From positions 1 to 62,836 of IMG/VR virus record IMGVR_UViG_3300002026_000067: a stretch of 62,836 bases of DNA, one strand, 5' to 3'. Below the pieces are notes generated by a model. That model did not search any database, was not told where the DNA came from, and saw only the letters and a program-made list of their open reading frames with translations. This document shows, in pieces, positions 40,701 through 50,310 of this stretch. The DNA is from a virus (Duplodnaviria > Caudoviricetes). Positions within the stretch are counted from its first letter, which is position 1. The number at the start of each line of letters is the position of its first letter. A program made the position numbers and the translations under genes.

Positions 40701-43700
40701 ATACTGGGCTGTGAAGGTGTCTGAGTACGGTGATTCACGTACTAAGAATTTCCCAGAGCTTAAGCTTAAAGCAAAGGATTGTGAATATTCTTATACAAGA
40801 CTTCAGTTCTTGGAAACATTAACAGGCGATACGGTTGAGGCAGGATTTACTACTATTGTCCCTGAAGATGAAAATCGTTGGTTTACACTTGATGATATCG
40901 GTTCACATTTGTACTTCGAAGCTGAACAACTCGGCACATTTGATTATCAGCCAGCAGCAGCGGGTGAAATGATCACTTTACCATGGTCTGCTGATTATGT
41001 TCAGATAACTGGGCCAGCACGGCAAGAGTCAACAAGCATAGACCCATCGGGTAATACAACAACATTATTCTCTACTGCAGAAGATTTAGTTACGGTGATC
41101 GGTTATGCTCCTGCTAAACCTAAATTTAGCCCAATTAAGTTAATTGATTATGCTGATAAGCAAGTTGTTTCTGAAATTCCAATTTGGGACCCTGCTAGAG
41201 GTGTTCATCAAACCTTGGCCTCTGAGGTTATTGACATCACCAGTTCTGATAACCCTGCTCGATACAATTACAGTGTTCAAACTGTAGGCAATACTCATTA
41301 CGATCCATTGCGCCCATGGGGTATAGATCAAATTGGTAGAACCTGGTTTGATACTACCAATTTAGGATATGTGCCATACACCGATAAGTACATCTTCCCG
41401 TCCATTGATGAACGGTTGTCTAGATGGGGTGTACCTGCCGATTGGGCTTCCATTGATGTTTATGAATGGGTTGGTTCAAAGATTCATCCAAGTCTTTGGG
41501 ATGACAAAGCTAAAGCTGAAGAAGGTAATACTGAAATTCCAGTAGATCAGCGTGCATCAGGCAGAGTAGCTCATAAAGAACTCTATGCTCGTACTAGAAC
41601 ATGGACTGAACGTCCTATAGCATGGGCATACTCAACACTCAATAATCCATTATTGACAAGTTCTGGTTTTGCAGGTATTGAATTGTCTGGAACTGGTATT
41701 GGTGATCATAACGTTATTCTTGATCACCATCGCTTTAGTGATTACGGTTTAATGACAGGTATGCATCTTAGCGCCATCGATCCAGTAAAACAAATTCCTA
41801 TTGGTGAAGGTATATTAGATGGTGATGTAAATTATCAAATAGGTGGATATGAATTAGCATCTTGGGACACATCATGGATTGAACCGGATTCAAACTTTGA
41901 ACTAATTTATACCTCTGCTTCAAGCATTGGTAATTTAGGTAAAGTATTGGGTCCTATCACATTCAGTCAAGTGATGATTGGATCAGATATGTTTGTTCGT
42001 GCAACATCACTGACAAACAATATGTATCAAGATATTAAGGTTATCGATACACTAGATTTAATTGGAAGCACGGTCACTTACGATTTTGATCAACTTGGTG
42101 TATCGATTAATGCAATCACCGCATTCGATTTTAGTACACCTGGATTCACAACAACAGCTGATCGTATATCTGCTGTTCTATTAGCACTTGGTAATATTAA
42201 TCACGAAGTTTCTGTTCGTGAAACCATGGGTATTAGCATCTTTATACCGTTTATTGATGTCAATTATTCTATTCATACAATGAGTAATGAAACCGGTCCT
42301 TATGGCTGGAAAGCATATAAGGTTCCATCAGCTGCTGAATTAGCGAGTGAATTAGCTGGTAATTCTGCACAAAATCATTGGACTCCATATTATGGTGAAT
42401 ATGTTAATTTGACATATACTGCTGCAGTCCGCGATCGTTTAGCTGCTTATGCTACAGAACCACTATTGTTTGCTGATGGCACATCAGTAGATAAAGTTAA
42501 GGGAACATGGAGCAATTGGCAACCACTAAACGATGAACGCCTTACCCATAAATATCAAAACAATACTGATAAAGTATTCAATTTCACGAATATTCCTAAC
42601 ACCGTGAATGTATATGTGAATGGGTTAATTCAGTTAAATAATGCATTTACGGTATCAGGTAAAACAGTAAATGTAACAAGTAATGCAAACGTTGGTGATT
42701 TAATAACGGTTGTAGGTCGTAAATATACACCAACTGCAGCTGAATTAAAATTTGATCCAACTGTTTCAGATGACAGCACTGTTAACACTCATTACAAATA
42801 TGATTACCAATATGTTGTTGAAACAGTTAGAGATTCAGAAGGCAATATTATCACTTCATACTATTATTTCTGGGTTTATGATAAGAGCACACCTACTAAA
42901 AATGGTAAAATGAGTATAAAAACTGCTGCTGGTTTATTGAAGAATAATTCATATCCGTATTTGGTTATGATTGATGCTAAACCCGCATATACGTATGTTA
43001 GCAGTTTTGATATACCTGAACCACTAATTCAGACAGGACCGTGCGAATTAAGAGGAACACAACACGGAGTATCACATATTGTAACATTAACACCAATTAG
43101 AAATTCTGATAACAACGTTATTGATTTTGAAAGTGTTGATACTGGAAATTGGTTTGATGAAATGCCTAAAGTGTATATAAATGGAATTGATATAACATCA
43201 GGACCGCTAAATGCTAAGTATCAGGTTTTTCCAATTATCACTGAGCTACCTGTTCGTTACAGTAAAGTTGCTATTAAGGGTTTGAACCAAATCGTTACAC
43301 GCGACAATATGTACAAGTTAAGATTTACTCGTGATTTCACATTGCGTGATAACCCCGATGACTCTGATAAGCATCAGCTAAAGAATGTTCATCAGGAATG
43401 GTCATTAATTCGTGAAGCTCAGCTCAAGCGTATTCCTAGTACATTATGGGATAAGTTAGTTGATGCTGCTTGTGGTCAAAATGCTGGTGGAGAATTTATT
43501 CCTTCACAATCTAGAATTGATTATGATTCTAGACAGGGAACAAGTACTAGATATGGTACTGCAGATGGTCAAATTTTAGTTGATAGTGATATTGCAAAAA
43601 AATCTATTTTGAACACTATATTAAATACAACAATTACTTATGAGTTGAGTGGCACAAAGTATCCTGACTACATTAAATGTTTAGATTTTGGCAACTTAAG

Positions 43701-43956
43701 TGGTCAAGCACAAGTTGATGATAGAATGAATGTGTGGTTTGGTATTACATCTACTACCAGACAAACACTTTCTAACATATGGAATAATGCTACACCTAGA
43801 CAGATTAATGAAATATTTTTTGCAGTATTACACGACGCCCTGTCATCTAATATAGAAATGACTGATATTTTTAAAACTTCGTATTTATCGGTTTACTCGG
43901 TACGACTTCTCAGTACTGTTGATGTATTGAAGAAAATTAATGGAGCACAAGCGTGA
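34732..43956 (+). CDS. Giant virion structural protein, probably a baseplate wedge (gp7-like position)
   Basis: 3074 aa directly after gp6; N-terminal LLPQYL...N..LF, YVPPIDLD.FINY..Y.W and internal KGS motifs; AATAAATA at 34687-34694. Confidence 0.6.
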   Translation: MSDYQKPHVDLSNLLPQYLRNKTNDSLFKNVFNKMLTKQESLPLLGYVGDKVLSDVLPALPQPNLERELNTLQPMVYAKIGNEEQVFTFNDIIQKLNLLGVDTNEMDSWATAKSFNYVPPIDLDMFINYPRYFWYGGLLSDNIKSQVTFNSTLEPEYYVIGLPGDKLLQLTEVEAVADSNITLSGDNQIIDGVTLEIGDRVLVVNKNAANPLYPHSDCGIYIVATGNWERASDLSSSSAFKNNAFVLVRNGTNHGHTYWTLSVPQYVSIGETPIMWTRHQRIITDWTLNNFWAHEDDLLILNIPVAQCVQATAPIVQYDFNLELNNAFNNIGPTSPAGSVDSIALISNGANYSELPTVTIAAPLTYPAIGIFPAEVAVSWLDQAAGSIKIDPVSGGIGYVDAPAITITGGGQWTAEAKAYATLGTDNTQTDVTYITQQKYLFNQVPQFNLYWLDGSHANKTSAIFYYAENQQYDIDSVIKRRIARDVNGDFLFEQGLLNESNIQHFFKVNNQLQGIWHPGVETKPKWVKRGLDGLPVDYPAGPLNKDALYGKASVVATTTEHITSLNGKLILDGYQTSNGDRVLVKDQLVGAKQDNGIYIVGQGYLQTPYVIVTTTTTPTVQANIICTINRGRISGFRIIDGGSGYSAFTGETQIHFESANGVGLPTDGAPAYAIPVVRESDGAITEVQLVNGGHWKRAPDVSANLLHGIHTFVVNGDTFANTYWSLDTNNPMVVDTTPLIFRQYEEGDGAWSIPEQMFHNLKHENRKQIGYGDLYEHFFSIIGAQPLLEGSPFGFNNWRHLSNKDLGLGGTIRDYNTSFDLFIGIMNQRDISILSMLDFAELQYSQALNTISEFFTQNISELLTSGLLGSVPNVNITNPIITALFDKYIANTAARTDLSGIYYDSTNPLPNWPATLPYLGLIYDVANPTMAKRVKPEITFDNEIGLDVIIHHDGHRSPAIAKNVAYEQALVKTTIARSTGELVPGIFSSTTPAIATSLQMFKNQLWYNPTDNSVYYFNVTSDTTPVYPVNHGDFWFNRSNNVLSKWNQGANGGLGDWIVHTNIADAWKPFYFHNILNSLILCVETSLYNNVQPLQPSNWDITAAETNPLLEQELAKYAARNGYDMYAPDYIAANAYTWNYSGLTNGIISGLSLSTYPARWFDLYKAYFKHPLTGLSTCRPNLEPWILTSETESVFRTQCGVFGSPAMWSYVKTKWSKKLSVDITGTLATNPSYGSLLPPYVNPSMSTSSEAILNVIPDNISKGYVFGDNGPIELVWRKSLEYNYALLRTSFKIDPINFISKTWGSNKAVVNEYELDRSAGRRENWLEFKLHGDTINTPITRDLKVLFEPLLDKQTAAYPNVRPTPVTYPLVPLCFSGTDGDYPLATPEKPITWFLKDLTLTPLGGIWRNIFTDTDGFEYEMDPVAVGTPYITQWISFTLRDSGLDFELHDTIKITYDGSAYNFEFNPSRYKLFNGLNQIYVNLLRYNGTDPSIAFNVVMLRNWKLQLGYRVSGLVDTDSLKLSSDNFSLHKSSFRALLKQNPAQRETWLDAIRIQLVQMGTTQWDSDGGYNIPRQGMLADDWSFRIETFNPRHPVLTYFNVDTSSSYQTFNALVNSAALQARAEAQQLLSDVTAAYQLQLKQPAGSVTTAEYAAALAAVQDASNALAAANNKNEEWRIYNTIKVDTTNSDPALRTDANGLITRVAPFTVVGLQNVLNFIYGYLMRLEADGWAFNAGDGQIIDQETGRALGWQLDIEKFIYSIYHGAIAGTGNILNPFMSSVWFKTPRGMLTSFDRPLFSDISTSQLVFDVLGGTVSKSNLRVFRQDEISEVVSNIPMMSAHFIVDEYEHVLLFTDYNDMSQNKGLIYDQFLGIRINRIIFDGERQLYFNGRPSYGGHYLYGNEVRENIEASVEGILDYYDANHISADNKAAKAARELLGYQKKDYMSAIDMTDKSQFHFWRGLIHNKGSNNSMGAFLNSAKFKSAAMDEYWAVKVSEYGDSRTKNFPELKLKAKDCEYSYTRLQFLETLTGDTVEAGFTTIVPEDENRWFTLDDIGSHLYFEAEQLGTFDYQPAAAGEMITLPWSADYVQITGPARQESTSIDPSGNTTTLFSTAEDLVTVIGYAPAKPKFSPIKLIDYADKQVVSEIPIWDPARGVHQTLASEVIDITSSDNPARYNYSVQTVGNTHYDPLRPWGIDQIGRTWFDTTNLGYVPYTDKYIFPSIDERLSRWGVPADWASIDVYEWVGSKIHPSLWDDKAKAEEGNTEIPVDQRASGRVAHKELYARTRTWTERPIAWAYSTLNNPLLTSSGFAGIELSGTGIGDHNVILDHHRFSDYGLMTGMHLSAIDPVKQIPIGEGILDGDVNYQIGGYELASWDTSWIEPDSNFELIYTSASSIGNLGKVLGPITFSQVMIGSDMFVRATSLTNNMYQDIKVIDTLDLIGSTVTYDFDQLGVSINAITAFDFSTPGFTTTADRISAVLLALGNINHEVSVRETMGISIFIPFIDVNYSIHTMSNETGPYGWKAYKVPSAAELASELAGNSAQNHWTPYYGEYVNLTYTAAVRDRLAAYATEPLLFADGTSVDKVKGTWSNWQPLNDERLTHKYQNNTDKVFNFTNIPNTVNVYVNGLIQLNNAFTVSGKTVNVTSNANVGDLITVVGRKYTPTAAELKFDPTVSDDSTVNTHYKYDYQYVVETVRDSEGNIITSYYYFWVYDKSTPTKNGKMSIKTAAGLLKNNSYPYLVMIDAKPAYTYVSSFDIPEPLIQTGPCELRGTQHGVSHIVTLTPIRNSDNNVIDFESVDTGNWFDEMPKVYINGIDITSGPLNAKYQVFPIITELPVRYSKVAIKGLNQIVTRDNMYKLRFTRDFTLRDNPDDSDKHQLKNVHQEWSLIREAQLKRIPSTLWDKLVDAACGQNAGGEFIPSQSRIDYDSRQGTSTRYGTADGQILVDSDIAKKSILNTILNTTITYELSGTKYPDYIKCLDFGNLSGQAQVDDRMNVWFGITSTTRQTLSNIWNNATPRQINEIFFAVLHDALSSNIEMTDIFKTSYLSVYSVRLLSTVDVLKKINGAQA

Positions 43957-46900
43957 CAGTTCAAGATTCGTATTATGTACAGTCATTAACGGATTATCTT
44001 AATGATATCAAACCTTACCATTCAAAATTATTGGATGTATTGGTTGAGTATCAGTATGATGATATGTTTGCTGTTAGAGCAGAAGATTATCTATTTACAA
44101 CAGCCCAGCTAAACAGTAACTGGTGTCAAACCCATTTACTGTCTGGGGCTAGAACTGAACGTGATAGAACCTTTAACATTCCTGCAACGGTTATTCCTAG
44201 ATTACTGAGTAATAATGGGCAATCGAAACATACAATTTATGATGCATTGGATTTTACTGGTGGCGAAGGATATACGACATTTCCACGTCCTGTTATCACA
44301 TTAGTTCATCCAGTCTCTGGGGTAGAATTAACACCTACCCAATTAGGTGATACTTCTACCGTGGAACACGGCATCATAGCAATAGTTAGTCAAATTACTG
44401 TCCCAATGGATATCATTAATGGACAAGCTACTGCTACTAGTGTTGCAACAGGTGGTAAAATCACCGGTTTTGTGATTTACAACAAAAAGATATGGGACTT
44501 TACTGGTACCGATAATGCCGACGATCCAGATTTCGATAGTGCTGCAATATTAACAACAATAGGTACAGGCTTATCATTTGCTCCAAATGTCAAAATTACT
44601 CATAAGACCGGTTTTGGTTGTAAAGCTGATTGTACATTAGAGAATGGTAGTGTTACACAAATAGTGGTTCGCAATCAACAAAATATTGCTGATAGAGATG
44701 TGTATCGTATCTCCGGTCAAATAGATCATAGACGTTTAGATAAGATCATTATTTCTAATGCTGGCACAGGATACACTGAAGCACCAATGGTTGTGCTATA
44801 TGATTCAGGAAAGCCAGGAAATCCTATTATTAGCGATGCGCGGATTGAGGTTTTCAAGCGGGATTATGTAACAGCAATAACGGTTTCAAATGCATCTAGA
44901 GCCTTTGCAACTGCTCCTAGAGTCACCATTGAATCACCAACAACAGGAATCACTGCAACTGCTAAAGTCAAACTGTATTATGACAATTCATCGGCGTTAC
45001 CAAGTTACCGTGTAGAAGCAATTGATATTGTTGAACCTGGTAGTGGTTATGTTACTGCACCATCTATACGAATTCATAGCTATTTGAATAGAGTAGAATT
45101 ACTGACAACTGGTAAAGGTTATGAAGGTGACATTAATGGTCAGGTTGATGTTCAAGTTATTGATCCATCTGGTGTCTTATCACATCCTGCTGTTGTTAAA
45201 GCTACAGTAGTTAATGGTGCAATAACAGGATTTACCGTTGTAGATGGTGGTGAATCATTTACAGCAGACAATTCTACAATCATCGTACAGATACCAGCAC
45301 CTACTGGTGCTAACGGCATCCAAGCCACGGCTAGAGCAGTAATTCATGGTTTGAGCCATGACGTATCTGATAAGATAGTATTGGCACGATGTTCTATTAT
45401 GGATGTCACTATAGCAAATCCTGGTACAGGTTACACGGATATACCATTTGTCGGTGTTACTAGTAATTCTATTGATTCGCCTATTGCAGATATTAGTGAC
45501 ACTGATACTAACCCAAACAATGCAAATAGTTTACCAGGTCAACCAGAAGAAGATCCATATTCAGCAGGTGGATCTGGGATGGAATGCCGTGCATTAATGA
45601 CGGGCATTGCACCTTGGGATGTTGGTGTGAAAGTGCGTAATGTGCTAATGTCACAATCACGTTTCAAAATTGGCGGACCAAATAACAGTCTTGTGCAATT
45701 CAATGATGGTTATGCACCAACAAGCGCAGATGCAGAATTTGAAATTGAAAGTGCTATACTTGATAATTTAGAAGTTTATGTAAATGATAAACCTATAAGT
45801 TTACGTCCTAGCTTTAATATCATTTTACCTAATACGAACCCATCTGGTGGTTATGGTGGTTCATCGATGTCGCCGTCGATACCTGAGGATATTGATGATC
45901 CAACAACATTGATTAACCCAGATTACACAAATGTTTTATTGGATAATTATGATACTGGTGGATATGACGGTCTTGATACAGCTGGATTAGGAAGTTCATC
46001 GCGTACTGAATTCTTTAATGGTCTATTACGTGTTGGTACGATGTACGCGCCATTCACATTACCTGAGAATGATACTGGTAATTATGTATTTGTGTTCGAT
46101 GAAAAATGGTGGATGATCAGTACTGAGATTAATGATAAACTCCGTTTTTGTGTAGGTGAACGTGAGAATTATAATCCGGAAGTACTTACTAATTTTGTAG
46201 AGTCATTTAAAATATCTGATTCATTCTATCTATTTGATCATTTTGGTGTTTCATTTAGTGGTCAATATGTTACTGGTAGAGACCCATATTTAGCAAATGA
46301 TATAGATAGTGCACATGGTACAGGACCAGGTGGTGCAGCTGTTGGATATGCTTGGACGGTTGATCGTGATCGTCAAGCTCCACCTAATATTGATTTTTGG
46401 GCAACTTACACTGGTACAACGGGTGTGGAACACAAGGCTCATCAACAACTCAGAATGGTAAAATTTGAGGCAATGGCCCGAGCAATTAATGCTCCTAATG
46501 CATCAACAAATCCAGCAGTTTTGGAATGGAAAAACTATGGTAGCCAGATTGATTTGCCTGAATTTATAACAACAGTTGAAGCAGTGTATGATGCTAATGG
46601 TGTCATCATATCAACAAATATTCTTACTGATGGTTATGCACTAAAAGCTGATGCATTAACTGCATTATCGCATACTCAAATTTTGACATTTGATGGTATT
46701 AAACGTACAACGTATGATCCTACCGGTATAAATGCTATAACAAATGAAATTGCACCTTACACTAATACTCGTAATGGTGTTCACGATGCTGAATTTATGT
46801 CATTAAAAATCACTCCACCCGGATATAAAATATTAAGCGGGGTGAATATATTTAATCCGTTAACCGATATATGGGGTGATAAAAATCATACATGGTATTA

Positions 46901-47540
46901 CTCATCATCAAGTCATAATGAAAATGTTGATGTTAAATTAGATGAAATTGACAGTATGCCAAATGGTTATGATTCTATGTGGTATGATACTCACGGTTAT
47001 GATGAGGATAAACAGTTGAATCAGCATATTGCAATATTCCGTGCAAGCCCAACTGATGCTTTATCTGGTCAGCAAACTGATGATCAACCGACGGCTAATA
47101 TGTCTGAAGATTTAATGCTCATCAGTAAAACGACACTACCTGCTGAATTTGATATTGGTGGATTTGATACTGGAGTATTCGATTATGAGACAATTAGATA
47201 TGATGTCACAGTTTTCAAATCTGTTCCACCACAGGATATAGTACCGGGCCAAATAGAGATTTCGGATATTCCATTAATTGTTAGTGTTCCACATAACACT
47301 ACTGCTAAATCTGTCACAGTTAGACACGATAAACAATTTAGAAATAATACCATGCCGACAATTATTGTTGAAGCATGGAATCCTGATACAAATAGTTATC
47401 AGCAATTGAGTTCAGGTGCTGGATATAATGCCGTAACCGTGCAAAGCAGTATAGGCACAGTAGGAAATTTAGTTAATGATACTTTTATCGTAACGATGAT
47501 TACTCCTGCTAGCGTTAAAATTTCGTACCTCTGGTATTAA
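43953..47540 (+). CDS. Virion structural protein with repeated G.GY..AP.V.I beta modules
   Basis: N-terminal YLNDIKPYHSK; GTGA overlap with the upstream gene; several (N/E)(A/P)G(T/S)GY..AP repeats. Confidence 0.6.
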   Translation: MTVQDSYYVQSLTDYLNDIKPYHSKLLDVLVEYQYDDMFAVRAEDYLFTTAQLNSNWCQTHLLSGARTERDRTFNIPATVIPRLLSNNGQSKHTIYDALDFTGGEGYTTFPRPVITLVHPVSGVELTPTQLGDTSTVEHGIIAIVSQITVPMDIINGQATATSVATGGKITGFVIYNKKIWDFTGTDNADDPDFDSAAILTTIGTGLSFAPNVKITHKTGFGCKADCTLENGSVTQIVVRNQQNIADRDVYRISGQIDHRRLDKIIISNAGTGYTEAPMVVLYDSGKPGNPIISDARIEVFKRDYVTAITVSNASRAFATAPRVTIESPTTGITATAKVKLYYDNSSALPSYRVEAIDIVEPGSGYVTAPSIRIHSYLNRVELLTTGKGYEGDINGQVDVQVIDPSGVLSHPAVVKATVVNGAITGFTVVDGGESFTADNSTIIVQIPAPTGANGIQATARAVIHGLSHDVSDKIVLARCSIMDVTIANPGTGYTDIPFVGVTSNSIDSPIADISDTDTNPNNANSLPGQPEEDPYSAGGSGMECRALMTGIAPWDVGVKVRNVLMSQSRFKIGGPNNSLVQFNDGYAPTSADAEFEIESAILDNLEVYVNDKPISLRPSFNIILPNTNPSGGYGGSSMSPSIPEDIDDPTTLINPDYTNVLLDNYDTGGYDGLDTAGLGSSSRTEFFNGLLRVGTMYAPFTLPENDTGNYVFVFDEKWWMISTEINDKLRFCVGERENYNPEVLTNFVESFKISDSFYLFDHFGVSFSGQYVTGRDPYLANDIDSAHGTGPGGAAVGYAWTVDRDRQAPPNIDFWATYTGTTGVEHKAHQQLRMVKFEAMARAINAPNASTNPAVLEWKNYGSQIDLPEFITTVEAVYDANGVIISTNILTDGYALKADALTALSHTQILTFDGIKRTTYDPTGINAITNEIAPYTNTRNGVHDAEFMSLKITPPGYKILSGVNIFNPLTDIWGDKNHTWYYSSSSHNENVDVKLDEIDSMPNGYDSMWYDTHGYDEDKQLNQHIAIFRASPTDALSGQQTDDQPTANMSEDLMLISKTTLPAEFDIGGFDTGVFDYETIRYDVTVFKSVPPQDIVPGQIEISDIPLIVSVPHNTTAKSVTVRHDKQFRNNTMPTIIVEAWNPDTNSYQQLSSGAGYNAVTVQSSIGTVGNLVNDTFIVTMITPASVKISYLWY

Positions 47541-47549
47541 GTTGAAGAG

Positions 47550-47557
47550 TATAAATA
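47550..47557 (+). promoter_or_regulatory. Late promoter TATAAATA
   Basis: Exact consensus 40 nt before the FG-GAP gene. Confidence 0.7.
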
Positions 47558-47597
47558 TACACATTATAACCTGTTAAAATGCTAAGGACGTGAAATT

Positions 47598-50051
47598 ATG
47601 AAACTATATCGACGTATGTTAAATCGCGGCACTGCCGCGCTATCTCAACTGCCACCAAATTACGTTTTATGGCAGACGTTAAATAACCCAAATACGTACG
47701 CTTCCAGTCTTGGTGACAAATTCGGAACCGTAGTGGCCACATCAGATAACTATATGGTTGTCGGTGTACCTAATGAATTAGATAGGACTTCGCAGTTTGA
47801 TGCTGGAAAAGTTTATATTTTTGATATTATAACCGGTGCTAAATTACGGGTGCTAGATAATCCAGGTGCTGCAGCCAGCGGCAATACGACCGATGATCAA
47901 TTTGGGTGTAGCGTAGCGGTATCTGGTAACTATGTAATAGTAGGTGCTATTAATACTAATTCATCCTATGTATCCAATTCCGGCAAAGCATATGTCTTTA
48001 ACGTTACTACTGGTGCTTTAATTTACACCTTTGAGAATCCTAATGTCTGGACTCCAGGTGAAAATGATCAATTCGGAAACAGTGTAGCAATATCAGGTGA
48101 CTATGCGATCGTAGGTGCTAGTAATACCGACACACCTTATGAAGATCCAGAACTGTTTGCTAATACTGGCAGAGCATATATTTTTAATCTCATATACGGC
48201 ACCTTAGCTTATACATTGAATAACCCTAATACGAATAACAATGGTATGGACGACGGATTCGGAAACAGCGTAGCAATATCTGGTAATTATGCGATCGTAG
48301 GTGCTAGCCTTACTGACGGCCCGCCTACTGATATCGGCAGAGCATATATCTTTGATGTCACCACTGGCGCTCTAATTCAAACATTAGATAGTCCAAATGG
48401 TATAGTTGGCGCATATGATAATTTCGGAGGCAGTGTGGCTATATCTGGTAACTATGCAGTGGTAGGCGCAACAGCTCCCAGTGCAGCATATGTCTTTGAC
48501 GTCACTACCGGTGCTCTAGTTCGAACAATAAATAACCCGAATGCATATGGAACAAACTCGTATGATCAATTCGGAAACAGTGTAGCAATATCAGGTGACT
48601 ATGCGATCATAGGTGCAATAGGTGAAGATGATGCCGGAGGCATCGAGTCCGGCAAAGCATATGTCTTTGACGTCACTACCGGTGCTCTAATTCAAACATT
48701 GAATAACCCAAATGCATATGGAACAAGCGCATTTGATCAATTCGGCACCGGCGTGGCAATATCAGGCAATTATGCGATAGTAGGTGCTTATACTGAAGAT
48801 GCCAGCACCGGAAACAATTCCGGTGCCGTATATGCTTTTAACCGTACGTCAGGTGCTCTAATTTACACGGTGGTTGACCCGAATGTATACGGGTCAACCG
48901 CTAATGATCAATTCGGCATCACCCTCGATATATCTGGTAACTATGCAATTGTAGGTGCTTATGGTGAAGATGCTGCGACCGGCATGAGCTCAGGCAACGC
49001 CTATATCTTTGACGTCACCACTGGCGCTCTAATTCACACATTGAATAACCCGAATGCATATGGAGTCAGTCAGTCAGATGAATTCGGTAGAGACGTGGCA
49101 ATATCAGGCAATTATGCAATAGTAGGTGCAACAGGTGAATCGACCGCTGCAGGTGCAAGCTCAGGCAACGCCTATATCTTTGACGTCACTACCGGTGCTC
49201 TAGTTCGAACAATAAATAACCCGAATGTGTATGGAACCACTTCATATGATTATTTCGGTACCAGTATCGACATGTCAGGTAATTATGCAATAGTAGGTGC
49301 AATAGGTGAAGCTGACGTCGGCGGCGGTGCTTCCGGCAAAGTATATGTCTTTAACGTTACTACTGGTGCTCTAATTCAAACATTGAATAACCCGAATGCA
49401 TATGGAACAAGCGCAGGTGATCAATTCGGCGCCAGCGTGGCAATATCAGGCAATTATGCGATTGTGGGCACTTTTGGTGAATCTGATGCCGGCGGCAATT
49501 ATTCTGGCAAAGCATATGTCTTTGACGTTACTACCGGTGCTCTAATTAAAACATTGAATAACCCGAATGCATATGGAACAAGCACATTTGATAAATTCGC
49601 CACCACCGTGGCCATATCAGGTAATTATGCAATAGTAGGTGCACCTGGTGAAGATGCACCTTCTGCCGGCGACTCTGGCAAAGCATATGTCTTTGATGTC
49701 ACCACCGGTGCTCTAATTAAAACATTGAATAACCCGAATGCATATGGAACAAGCGCATATGATCAATTCGGCACCGGCGTGGCAATATCAGGCAATTATG
49801 CGATAGTAGGTGCAACAGGTGAAGATGAGACTGCCAGACAGGCCTCCGGCAAAGCATATGTCTTTAACGTTACTACTGGTGCTCTAATTCAAACATTGAA
49901 TAACCCGAATGCATATGGAACAAGCGCAGGTGATCAATTCGCAAGTAAGATGGTCATATCTGGTGATTATGCAATCATAGCATCTCCTGGTGAAGGCGAT
50001 ATTAATGGAATTAACTCTGCTAAAGCATACATTTTTAAAAATTTAACCTAA
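47598..50051 (+). CDS. FG-GAP repeat beta-propeller protein (14 blades), putative adhesin or receptor-binding protein
   Basis: 14 D.FG..VAISGNYAIVGA repeats of about 57 aa. Confidence 0.85.
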   Translation: MKLYRRMLNRGTAALSQLPPNYVLWQTLNNPNTYASSLGDKFGTVVATSDNYMVVGVPNELDRTSQFDAGKVYIFDIITGAKLRVLDNPGAAASGNTTDDQFGCSVAVSGNYVIVGAINTNSSYVSNSGKAYVFNVTTGALIYTFENPNVWTPGENDQFGNSVAISGDYAIVGASNTDTPYEDPELFANTGRAYIFNLIYGTLAYTLNNPNTNNNGMDDGFGNSVAISGNYAIVGASLTDGPPTDIGRAYIFDVTTGALIQTLDSPNGIVGAYDNFGGSVAISGNYAVVGATAPSAAYVFDVTTGALVRTINNPNAYGTNSYDQFGNSVAISGDYAIIGAIGEDDAGGIESGKAYVFDVTTGALIQTLNNPNAYGTSAFDQFGTGVAISGNYAIVGAYTEDASTGNNSGAVYAFNRTSGALIYTVVDPNVYGSTANDQFGITLDISGNYAIVGAYGEDAATGMSSGNAYIFDVTTGALIHTLNNPNAYGVSQSDEFGRDVAISGNYAIVGATGESTAAGASSGNAYIFDVTTGALVRTINNPNVYGTTSYDYFGTSIDMSGNYAIVGAIGEADVGGGASGKVYVFNVTTGALIQTLNNPNAYGTSAGDQFGASVAISGNYAIVGTFGESDAGGNYSGKAYVFDVTTGALIKTLNNPNAYGTSTFDKFATTVAISGNYAIVGAPGEDAPSAGDSGKAYVFDVTTGALIKTLNNPNAYGTSAYDQFGTGVAISGNYAIVGATGEDETARQASGKAYVFNVTTGALIQTLNNPNAYGTSAGDQFASKMVISGDYAIIASPGEGDINGINSAKAYIFKNLT
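48490..49941 (+). repeat. Intragenic 171-bp tandem repeats
   Basis: 49343-49428 is identical to 49856-49941 (86 bp, offset 513 = 3 x 171); many shorter identical blocks. Confidence 0.85.
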
Positions 50052-50054
50052 TTA

Positions 50055-50081
50055 ATCTGTGCTTTTAATAAAAGCACAGAT
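50055..50081. terminator. Hairpin terminator after the FG-GAP gene
   Basis: ATCTGTGCTTTTA-A-TAAAAGCACAGAT. Confidence 0.65.
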
Positions 50082-50310
50082 GTAGCGATGTGAATAGACA
50101 CCTTTGTTATTATGAATTTATCAAATAAGATTAATTTTATTCATTGTTAGATTTTATAGCAGAGCACTGATCCCGTGCTTCCTTGCGACATCATTGTGGT
50201 TGAAAATCTAATCAATTATTAGCTTATGGACATTCAATAAATATTTGAAGAACACATTCACATACTCTTTTTAGAGGGACTATTTATGCATAACCAAGAG
50301 GTAAAGTTGG

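Noticed and set aside
47598-50051. Diversity-generating retroelement target or CRISPR-like array
   Set aside because: Repeats are in-frame coding units, the variation is not evidently adenine-specific, and no RT or template repeat is seen.
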